NCBI GenBank assembly: GCA_045646345.1
Contig: JAZRKN010000002.1
Span: forward strand, 1 to 60,531
DNA from: Candidatus Scatovivens sp.
GTDB lineage: Bacteria > Bacillota > Clostridia > TANB77 > CAG-508
DNA length: 60,531 nt
Direction: 5' to 3'
Part shown: positions 41,539 to 50,087 of the stretch, in pieces
Numbering within the stretch: the stretch's first letter is position 1
Layout: every line of letters begins with the position of its first letter
Notes under the pieces: generated by a model
Told to the model about the DNA's origin: nothing
Seen by the model: the letters and a program-made list of their open reading frames with translations, nothing else
Database searches by the model: none
Translations under genes and position numbers: made by a program

Positions 41539-42141
41539 ATGAAAAATCAAGAAATTAGAGAACCTATTCAAAAACGTTCTATTGAGAAAAAAAGAAATAT
41601 AATAAAATATGGTTTTGAATTAATTTGTGAAAAAGGTTATCACAATACTAATACTGCTGAAATCGCAAAAGCAGCCGGAGTTTCAACTGGAATTGTTTAT
41701 CAATATTTTAACGATAAACGAGACATATTTTTGCAAGGAATTGAACAATATTCAAAAAGTTTATTATTTCCAATAACTGAAATTTCTCTTAAAAGTTCAA
41801 GAAACTTTGATTTAAAAACAGAATTAAATAATGTTATAAATACTTCAGTAAAAAATCACAAACTTTCAGAATCAGCTCATGAAGAAATCTATGCTCTTCA
41901 ACATTCGGATCCCGAAGTCGCAAAAATCTTCTTTAATCAAGAAATTGAAGCTACAAATAAATTTATCGAAATATTAGAAAAAAATAATATAGAAACAACT
42001 AATATAAATGAAAAAGCTCATTTAATAATTTCTATGATTGATAATCTTTGTCATGAAATTGTTTATCATAAACATCAAGATATGGATTATAAAAAGATGC
42101 AAGAAATTGTTATTGAATCAATCTTAAATATGTTAAAATAA
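41539..42141 (+). CDS. TetR/AcrR-family transcriptional regulator
   Basis: GYHNTNTAEIAKAAGVSTGIVYQYF.DK HTH; divergent from feoAB; promoter TTGACT-17-TATACT at 41476-41504. Confidence 0.93.
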   Translation: MKNQEIREPIQKRSIEKKRNIIKYGFELICEKGYHNTNTAEIAKAAGVSTGIVYQYFNDKRDIFLQGIEQYSKSLLFPITEISLKSSRNFDLKTELNNVINTSVKNHKLSESAHEEIYALQHSDPEVAKIFFNQEIEATNKFIEILEKNNIETTNINEKAHLIISMIDNLCHEIVYHKHQDMDYKKMQEIVIESILNMLK

Positions 42142-42263
42142 CGCAAAACTAAACTGGCTATATGCCAGTTTTTCTTTATGTTAACATATCTTATTTATAT
42201 GCATATACATATATTATAAAACAATTTAAGATTTGTTTTATAAACTTATATTAGGAGGTTTAT

Positions 42264-42581
42264 ATGTGTTATAGACGAAATTGTAGATGTTGTAATCGTT
42301 CTAGAGGTTGTAATTCAACAAATTCTTTAAACACTTGTAATTGTTCAAGACAACAAAATACATGTAGTTCTAATAACTGCCCAAACAATTCTTCTAGAAA
42401 TAATACTTTTCCTGAAAATTATTTATATGGTTATGCTTATACCCCAAATCAATGTATGGATAAAACCTTTTGCCCTGAAACCGGTTTAGCTCATGGAACA
42501 ATTTTCCCTGAGTTAGTTAGTCCTTACTCTCCTGGTCAATCAATTGACTTTATAAATTATTTAAGAAGTGGAGGTATGTAA
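42264..42581 (+). CDS. cotJA: Spore coat associated protein CotJA
   Basis: YAYTPNQ...GL..GTIFPEL..PY; Cys/Asn-rich N-terminal extension. Confidence 0.85.
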   Translation: MCYRRNCRCCNRSRGCNSTNSLNTCNCSRQQNTCSSNNCPNNSSRNNTFPENYLYGYAYTPNQCMDKTFCPETGLAHGTIFPELVSPYSPGQSIDFINYLRSGGM

Positions 42582-42584
42582 AAT

Positions 42585-42914
42585 ATGAATTATCAAAATA
42601 ATAATCAATGCCCTTATCAAAATAATTGCAACAATACATCAAATTGTCATTGTGCCAATCAAAATCGTTGCTCAAAAGAAGAACTACTAAATCAAATAAT
42701 GGCTCTTAATTTCGCAATAAATGACTTAGCTTTATACCTTGACACTCATCCCCAAGATCAAAATGCAATTCGCAAACATTGTGAATATAGTGAAAAACAA
42801 ATTTCTTTAACTGCAGAATATCAAAAACTTTATGGACCATTAACAATCAATTTCATGTCTAATACATGGGATTGGATCGATGAACCATGGCCTTGGGAAA
42901 GGGGGTCTTATTAA
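42585..42914 (+). CDS. cotJB: Spore coat protein CotJB
   Basis: LYLDTHP, YGPL, W.W...PWPWE. Confidence 0.93.
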   Translation: MNYQNNNQCPYQNNCNNTSNCHCANQNRCSKEELLNQIMALNFAINDLALYLDTHPQDQNAIRKHCEYSEKQISLTAEYQKLYGPLTINFMSNTWDWIDEPWPWERGSY

Positions 42915-43531
42915 TGTATTATTATGTAAAAAGTTTACAATATCCAATAAATATCAAAAATAGAAATCCAAAACTAGCAAAAGTTATTATATCTCAATAT
43001 GGTGGTCCAGACGGCGAATTAGGAGCTTCTCTTAGATATTTATCTCAAAGATTTGGTATGCCCGATAAAAAATCAAAAGCAATATTAAATGATGTTGGTA
43101 CTGAAGAATTAGCTCATCTAGAAATGGTTGGTACTTTAGTTCATCAATTAACAGATGGAGCATCACCTGAAGAAATGGAAGCAGCAGGTCTTGGAGCTTA
43201 TTATACAGATCACGGTTGGGGTGTTTATCCTCAAGCAGCAGCTGGATATCCATATACAGCTGCAAGCATAGCTGTCAAAGGCGACCCTATTGCAGATTTA
43301 ACAGAAGACTTAGCTGCTGAACAAAAAGCTCGTGCCACTTATGAAAAATTAATAGATCTTTGTAAAGATTCTCCAGACGTAGTTGATGTTTTAAGATATT
43401 TAAGAGAACGCGAAGTTGTTCACTTCCAAAGATTTGGTGAAGCATTAAATGATGTTCAAGAAAAACTTTATCAAAGAAACTGTTATCTAAATAGTCAAAA
43501 CTCTCATTCTAACTGTAGATGTAATAGTTAA
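42914..43531 (+). CDS. cotJC: Manganese catalase family spore coat protein CotJC
   Basis: QYGGPDGE, EELAHLE, AAEQKAR, REVVHFQRF; TAATG coupling with cotJB. Confidence 0.95.
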   Translation: MYYYVKSLQYPINIKNRNPKLAKVIISQYGGPDGELGASLRYLSQRFGMPDKKSKAILNDVGTEELAHLEMVGTLVHQLTDGASPEEMEAAGLGAYYTDHGWGVYPQAAAGYPYTAASIAVKGDPIADLTEDLAAEQKARATYEKLIDLCKDSPDVVDVLRYLREREVVHFQRFGEALNDVQEKLYQRNCYLNSQNSHSNCRCNS

Positions 43532-43535
43532 AAAC

Positions 43536-43566
43536 AAAAAGATGGTTGAAAATCAACCATCTTTTT
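43536..43566. terminator. Bidirectional terminator between convergent genes
   Basis: aaaaagatggttga-aaa-tcaaccatcttttt. Confidence 0.88.
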
Positions 43567-43575
43567 ATTTTTATA

Positions 43576-45102
43576 TTATTTAGCAAGTTCTAAATTTTCA
43601 ATAAATTCTTGAGCTGTTAAATACGGTCCAACAACAGTTGGTATTGATATTTGATAAATCACATTATCTACTATAAATATATAATATCTTTTTGTATTAT
43701 AAGATTCTTTATTTATAAATGTAAGCGCATCTTGCCCTGCTATTTTAACTAATTCTTTATTTCTAAATTCATTGTACTCAGATAAATAAAAATCTCTTTT
43801 ATTTATCGTTGTATTTTCATCTATTTTTACATCTTTTCCATCAGCAAAATCGTATAGCTGTTCTTTATTTAGAACATATTCTATCTGATTATCATTTTCA
43901 TCGTATTCGTATATTTTATATGTTCCATCCTCACCAGCGCTTGTAAAGCTTAAATTAGCATTCATTAATTTTTCGTATTCGACATATAATTGTTCTAAAT
44001 CATAATTTAATTTATTTTCATATTTCCATATATCAATATAATCTATTTTATAATCTTCTTGAGTTCTTTTTTCTTTTATACGGAATGATAAATAATAATT
44101 ATCGCCATAATCATCTGAAGCATTTGGAACAACTTCAAAATTATTAGTATCGTAATTTATCCTTAACCCTCTCCAATCTAATGTATATGGTTTTGGCTCT
44201 GGTTTATACTCTTCTATTATCATATTTCCTAGTAATACATCTAAATTACCATTAATATGAGATAAATCTTCATTTTCATCATAAGCTGTTATTTCTATAT
44301 TTAATTTATTAGTATATACATTTGAAGTATTTAATATAATACTGTTTGCAGCATTAGAAGCACAACTTTGTTCTCCCACAAGTATGCTATGTTCTCCAAG
44401 TTTTACATCAATCTTGTATATCTTATCATATAACAAACTTTCAACTGTACCTAATTTTAATATCATATATTCACTAGAATCAACTATGCTACACAAACAG
44501 AACTCAGCAACTTTTTCTTTAGTTTTTGTATTTACAACAGGAATTCTTATATTTTCATTTAGTTTATTATATACAGCATGTTGTTCTTTGTATTCTGGTT
44601 TTAAATTTTGATATACAGTCCATTTTCCAAAATCTTCAGTTCCGTCTTCAACAAATTTTCTGATATGAAAATTTGATATTAATTGTGCTCCATCTTTTAA
44701 TTCTAGTTCATCTAAATCATAAACAAACAATAATTCATAATTTTTTTCATCTATTCTATTTATGATATTAGGTACATAATTTGAAATTTCAAAAATTTCA
44801 TTTTCCATTTCTAATGTTGGAATTGAAAAAATTGCAATATCTTGACTATTAAAATCAATTTTTTGTAATTCTTCATCATTAATTTTTAAATGATATTTTA
44901 TTAGAATATTTCTATCTATTATTCTAACTTCTCCAACGCTTAATTCTAATCCATCTCTATTCTCCGCATTTGCAACTATTTTATCGGAATTTTCCAACTG
45001 CATTTTGTTAAAAAATAACACCCCACCCAAAATAGCACTCATGCATATAACCCCAATTAATATTAAGTGTATTAATTTAAATGATTTCTTCTTTTTCTCC
45101 AT
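43576..45102 (-). CDS. Membrane-anchored extracellular protein, paralog A
   Basis: Basic N-terminus plus TM helix, acidic beta-rich body; similar ends to 45212-46873. Confidence 0.75.
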   Translation of the reverse strand: MEKKKKSFKLIHLILIGVICMSAILGGVLFFNKMQLENSDKIVANAENRDGLELSVGEVRIIDRNILIKYHLKINDEELQKIDFNSQDIAIFSIPTLEMENEIFEISNYVPNIINRIDEKNYELLFVYDLDELELKDGAQLISNFHIRKFVEDGTEDFGKWTVYQNLKPEYKEQHAVYNKLNENIRIPVVNTKTKEKVAEFCLCSIVDSSEYMILKLGTVESLLYDKIYKIDVKLGEHSILVGEQSCASNAANSIILNTSNVYTNKLNIEITAYDENEDLSHINGNLDVLLGNMIIEEYKPEPKPYTLDWRGLRINYDTNNFEVVPNASDDYGDNYYLSFRIKEKRTQEDYKIDYIDIWKYENKLNYDLEQLYVEYEKLMNANLSFTSAGEDGTYKIYEYDENDNQIEYVLNKEQLYDFADGKDVKIDENTTINKRDFYLSEYNEFRNKELVKIAGQDALTFINKESYNTKRYYIFIVDNVIYQISIPTVVGPYLTAQEFIENLELAK

Positions 45103-45211
45103 ATATTTTATTCTCCTTTGTATGATATAAGTATTTTATCATATGTATAAAAAAATAAATAGAAAAATAAAAAAATCCCAAGAAAAATTTTCATTTTCTC
45201 AGGATTATATT

Positions 45212-46873
45212 TTATTTAAATACTATAGAATCAACAATTTTATAATATGCATCTTCAAGATATAAATCAGATGGTACATGTATCTCATATATATAATCAT
45301 TTACTATAACAATATAACTTCTATCCGAAGTAGATTCAGTTTCATTGACAAAAGTTATTGCTTCTTTTCCGTTAAAGTTTACTTTTCCATAATTTTTATA
45401 TTCAACCTTAAAATTATAACCGTCTTTCATATGTTTTGTAAAATTATCTTTGTCAAATTCCATATCCTCTTTAACAACTTTTTTCCCGTTATAAATATCC
45501 ATTATTTCTGCATCTGTAAATTCGTAAAATTTCACATCTGCTGGATTTCCATATTCGTCAAACGGTCCAACATCCACTCCAAGAGAATACTTTTCTCCTC
45601 TAGGTCTACTTATTCCTAATTCTAATAGTTTTTGTCTATTTTCAAATATTTCTTCTAATGTTTCATCAAATATATTTTCATATTTCATTATAGAAATATC
45701 TCTTGAATATTCATTAATGCTATCACGAGTAATAGTTATAGGATATTTTAAATTTGCTAAATCGATTACGTCAAACACATTATCCGATCTAATCTCCCAT
45801 TTTTCCGAATCATAGTCAAAAGATAAATCTTCATTGTATGCATTTTTTATAATCTCAACTTTTTCTTCTACATTTTTTATATAATCAGATAGCTTAAATA
45901 TTTTTCTTGCTTCACCTAAAAGTTCATTATTATGGTAAATAAATTTCTTAAATTGCACTTTTATCTTAGAATCTAAATCAAATTTTTTAACTAATATATC
46001 TTGGCGAATTCCACCTATTAATAATTCTTTTCCATTTAACATCAAACTATTATCATTTTGGTCAAAAAATTCTACAGAATATCTGATTCCTGGTTCTGTT
46101 GTATAACCTAGTAATAATCCATTTATAAGAAGATTATCTTCTAATTCGATGACTTTTAATACTTCGAAAGTTTCTTGACTAAATTCCTCGTTTTTTTCTA
46201 TTTCAAGAATCAAATTTTCAATTTCATATTTTTCATTATAGTCTGTTTTCATGTTTCTATTAACTTCAAATTCAACATTCCAATTACCTATTTCAAAAAC
46301 TTTAACATCTACATCAGCATAATATTCTTCAAATTCCTCAATTACAATATTTGATATAAATTTTATCTTTTTATTATATTTTAATCCTTCTAAATCATAG
46401 AAAAGATATACCTCATATAAATTTTTATCAACTTCAATCATTTTTGTAAAATTTAAATATGTTTGATTTAAATGATAAATTTCATTTCCTACTTCTAATT
46501 TTGCATTATTAATAATATTAACATTATCAATTTGTTTTATTGGATTATTAGTAGTATTAAGTTCTAACTTTAATATTAAGTTATCGTTATCTATTTTTAT
46601 ATCATTTATCTCTAAACTATTTTGGCAATCATTATTTGTTGTTATTTTCAGTTCTTTTGAAACTTCAACTTCTTGGTTAAAATATTTATTATTAGCTAAT
46701 TTTATATCGTTTGTTTCTGTATTTCCTGATATATTTTGTATCACATCTTTTATTGCATTATCACTTTCACTTGTTATATATGTATATACAATTCCTGAAA
46801 CAATACCAATCATAAAAATACACCCAATTAATATTATGTGTATTAACTTAATTGTTTTTTTCTTTTTTTCCAT
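45212..46873 (-). CDS. Membrane-anchored extracellular protein, paralog B
   Basis: MEKKKKTIKLIHIILIG vs MEKKKKSFKLIHLILIG; start at ATG 46873. Confidence 0.75.
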   Translation of the reverse strand: MEKKKKTIKLIHIILIGCIFMIGIVSGIVYTYITSESDNAIKDVIQNISGNTETNDIKLANNKYFNQEVEVSKELKITTNNDCQNSLEINDIKIDNDNLILKLELNTTNNPIKQIDNVNIINNAKLEVGNEIYHLNQTYLNFTKMIEVDKNLYEVYLFYDLEGLKYNKKIKFISNIVIEEFEEYYADVDVKVFEIGNWNVEFEVNRNMKTDYNEKYEIENLILEIEKNEEFSQETFEVLKVIELEDNLLINGLLLGYTTEPGIRYSVEFFDQNDNSLMLNGKELLIGGIRQDILVKKFDLDSKIKVQFKKFIYHNNELLGEARKIFKLSDYIKNVEEKVEIIKNAYNEDLSFDYDSEKWEIRSDNVFDVIDLANLKYPITITRDSINEYSRDISIMKYENIFDETLEEIFENRQKLLELGISRPRGEKYSLGVDVGPFDEYGNPADVKFYEFTDAEIMDIYNGKKVVKEDMEFDKDNFTKHMKDGYNFKVEYKNYGKVNFNGKEAITFVNETESTSDRSYIVIVNDYIYEIHVPSDLYLEDAYYKIVDSIVFK

Positions 46874-47161
46874 ATATATTTTCACACTCCTTTGTATAAT
46901 ACAAATATTTTATCATATACACCCAAAAATATATACAAAAAATCAAAGATAATTTTTATTTTACTTAATTTTCGATTTGAGTATATTCACTCAAATCTGG
47001 TAACCTAATAAAATTTTCATTCACGACACCATAATCAATAGAACCAATTGATATTGTTGATTTTAATTTTTCTTCACACTTTTCTTTTGTCAAACTTGTT
47101 TGTCGCCTTAACTTAACATCCTACTAAAGCAGTATATTTTCAATCATTTATAAAAAACACT

Positions 47162-48130
47162 TTAAAGAATTTCATAATCTAATAATTTTATATTATTTGA
47201 TATAAATGCACTATTTTTATCAACTTCTTTTGACAAATCAGTTGTTAAATATTTTTTGTTATCATCAGCAAATACTGTTACTGTTGGTTTATCATTTTTT
47301 TCATTTAATAAAATACTCCCTATTAAATTAGCTCCTGATGAAATTCCTACCCCTAATCCTAATTCATTAGCTAAAATTCTAGACATATTAATAGCGTCAT
47401 CATCATTTATTAATAAAATATCATCTATGGCCTTTTTATCTACAAGAGCTGGTATAAAATCATCTCCAATTCCCTCAATTTTATGACTCCCTAATATTTT
47501 TCCTTGAGATATTAGAGGCATTTTATCTGGTTCTATTGCTACAATTTTAAGTCCTTCATATTCTTCTTTTAATCTTTTCCCAATTCCCATCAAAGTACCA
47601 CCTGTACCAACACCAGAAATAAATCCACCTACTTTTTCTGGTAATTCATTTACAATTTCTTCTCCTGTTGTTTCATATTGTGCTAAAAAATTATCTTTAT
47701 TTGCAAATTGATTTGCCAAAAATGCTCCATCTTTTTCCGCCATTCTTTTTGCCTCTTCAACACATCTTATAAAACCACCGTCTTCTTTTGAAAATAATAT
47801 TACTTTAGCACCGTAACCTTTCATTAATTTTATTCTTTCAACACTTGCCCAATCTGGCATAAAAATTACTACTGGATGCTTATAATATCTACCCAAAGCT
47901 GCAATAGCAATCCCCGTATTGCCACTTGTTGCTTCAACTATTGTTTGACCATCTTTTAGCTCCCCTCTTTTTTTCGCATTTTGAATAATATAATAAGCGA
48001 CTCTATCTTTTATACTTCCACTTAAATTATAATATTCAAGTTTTGTATAAACATAAGATTTTTTTCCTTTATATTCATAATTTATTTTTATCATTGGTGT
48101 ATTTCCAATTGTATTTAACATTTTCTTCAT
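47162..48130 (-). CDS. cysK: Cysteine synthase (O-acetylserine sulfhydrylase) family
   Basis: IGNTP, SGSIKDR PLP lysine, EATSGNTG, GVGTGGT, IEGIG, GISSGA. Confidence 0.88.
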   Translation of the reverse strand: MKKMLNTIGNTPMIKINYEYKGKKSYVYTKLEYYNLSGSIKDRVAYYIIQNAKKRGELKDGQTIVEATSGNTGIAIAALGRYYKHPVVIFMPDWASVERIKLMKGYGAKVILFSKEDGGFIRCVEEAKRMAEKDGAFLANQFANKDNFLAQYETTGEEIVNELPEKVGGFISGVGTGGTLMGIGKRLKEEYEGLKIVAIEPDKMPLISQGKILGSHKIEGIGDDFIPALVDKKAIDDILLINDDDAINMSRILANELGLGVGISSGANLIGSILLNEKNDKPTVTVFADDNKKYLTTDLSKEVDKNSAFISNNIKLLDYEIL

Positions 48131-48163
48131 AAAATTCCCTCCCAAAATTAATTTTTACAAAAC

Positions 48164-48204
48164 AAAAAAACTAGTAAGAAAATCTGCATTTCCTACTAGT
48201 TTTT
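48164..48204 (-). terminator. Attenuator terminator in the cysK leader
   Basis: Minus strand AAAAACTAGTAGGAAA-TGCAGA-TTTTCTTACTAGTTTTTTT about 35 nt before the cysK start. Confidence 0.85.
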
Positions 48205-48341
48205 AGTTACATTTATTTTATTAAATTTTATTATAGCCCTATATTGGTTATAACTCTATCTTAATATAAATATTTTAAAACATAATCACTATTGTAGGTA
48301 TGCAGAAGTAACACTCATATCTACAACAGATACGAATGCTT

Positions 48342-48383
48342 TTACATACAGCAACAACAATTCATGATTATATTTTTATTCAT
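48342..48383 (-). CDS. Cys-rich leader peptide MNKNIIMNCCCCM
   Basis: GAAAGGA RBS, codons TGT TGT TGC TGT before ATG TAA, upstream of terminator and cysK. Confidence 0.85.
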   Translation of the reverse strand: MNKNIIMNCCCCM

Positions 48384-48480
48384 ATTTATATATTTCCTTT
48401 CTTTTTATCATCCAATAAATATTATGTAGACAATTAAATTTTATATATTATATTCGCAAATTTAAAATTTGTCAAATATT

Positions 48481-49818
48481 TTATTCTTCCTCATCTTCAT
48501 TTTCTTCTTCATTTTCATCTGGTAAAACTTCTATCTTTGTAGCTTTTACCTTTGTGATCCTTTTATCTTTTGATTTTTCTACTTTATATACAACATTTTC
48601 TGTATGAATTACTGGTCTTTCTTTTTCATTTGGAATTCTTCCAAGTTGTTCTATTAAATAACCAGATATTGTATCATAATCACCTTCTGGTATTGTAATA
48701 TCCAACACTTTTTCAACATCTGAAACAGACATACTACCATTTAAAATATAATTATTATCATCTATTTTCTCATAGATTTTTTTAACTTCATCATATTCAT
48801 CATAGATTTCACCTACAATTTCTTCTAGTATATCTTCCATAGTAACAACACCAGCTGTTCCACCATATTCATCTACAACTATAGCAATTTGTTTTCTATT
48901 TTTTCTTAATTCTTCAAATAATTCATTAACAGGTTTTGTTTCAGATACGTAATATGCATCTTTAACCAAATTTTTAATTTTTACATTTTTATTTTTTGTT
49001 GATAATAAGATATCTTTTATATATACAACACCTTTTATCTCATCTATTGTTTCATCATAAACTGGAATTCTACTATATCTAAAATCAGTATCATCAGTTA
49101 TTTCTTCAATAACTTTAGAAATTGATAAGTTCATATCTACAGCATATATCTCTGTTCTTGGAACCATAATTTCAGAAACAACAGTATCATTGAATTCGAA
49201 AACGTTATTAATCATTTCTCTTTCTTCTTTTTCAATAATACCTTTTTCTTCACCAACATCAACCATCATTCTAATTTCTTCTTCTGTTACTGTTTCTTCT
49301 TCAGTTTCAGAAACTCCAAATAATTTAGAAACCACGTTAGTTGAGAATGTTAAAAATTTAACAAATGGAGCTGTAAATGTAGCAATTGTTTTTATTACTC
49401 CAACTGTACCAAATGCAATTTTTTCATAATATTTCATTGCAATTCTTTTCGGAACAAGCTCTCCTAAAATCAATGTAAAATAAGATAATACTATTGTTAT
49501 TAATACAATTGAAATACTATTCCATGCATCTAAACTTAAATATGGAATCCATCCATGTAATATTGGTGCAAGTTCACTTGCAAAAGCTTCTGATGCAAAA
49601 GCACTTGATAAAAATCCAGCTAAAGTAATTCCAATTTGTATTGTAGCTAAAAATTTACTTGGATTTTCTAATATCTTTTTAATTGATTTTGCTTTTTTAT
49701 TTCCTTCTTTAGCTTGAATATCTAATTTAGCATCATTTAAAGATATAAATGCAATTTCAGCAGCTGCAAAATAGGCATTAGCCAAAATTAAAATAAATAG
49801 TAAAATTAGTTCTGACAT
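48481..49818 (-). CDS. CNNM/CorC (HlyC) family membrane protein
   Basis: NAYFAAAE, TIQIGIT, GELVPK, CBS pair (YSRIPV, VVDEYGG), C-terminal CorC domain. Confidence 0.95.
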   Translation of the reverse strand: MSELILLFILILANAYFAAAEIAFISLNDAKLDIQAKEGNKKAKSIKKILENPSKFLATIQIGITLAGFLSSAFASEAFASELAPILHGWIPYLSLDAWNSISIVLITIVLSYFTLILGELVPKRIAMKYYEKIAFGTVGVIKTIATFTAPFVKFLTFSTNVVSKLFGVSETEEETVTEEEIRMMVDVGEEKGIIEKEEREMINNVFEFNDTVVSEIMVPRTEIYAVDMNLSISKVIEEITDDTDFRYSRIPVYDETIDEIKGVVYIKDILLSTKNKNVKIKNLVKDAYYVSETKPVNELFEELRKNRKQIAIVVDEYGGTAGVVTMEDILEEIVGEIYDEYDEVKKIYEKIDDNNYILNGSMSVSDVEKVLDITIPEGDYDTISGYLIEQLGRIPNEKERPVIHTENVVYKVEKSKDKRITKVKATKIEVLPDENEEENEDEEE

Positions 49819-50010
49819 TTTTTATAAATTTCCTCCAAAATTATTTATAAGTTACAATTGTGATTATATTATAAAAATATTCAAAAATCAATATAAGTTA
49901 TTTAGTATTAGAACTTTTTTGATTGATAATTCAAGCATATCTATAAATCATATTTTATTTTCTAAATCTTGACTTTTACGCAATTTTTATGCATTTATGC
50001 CTTAAATTGA

Positions 50011-50039
50011 TTGACATAACTTGCATACCGTATTATAAT
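50011..50039 (+). promoter_or_regulatory. Perfect-consensus sigma-A promoter
   Basis: TTGACA-17-TATAAT. Confidence 0.85.
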
Positions 50040-50087
50040 ATATAAACCAAAATGGCTAGCTAGCCAAGCTTAAAGGAGGCGATTATT

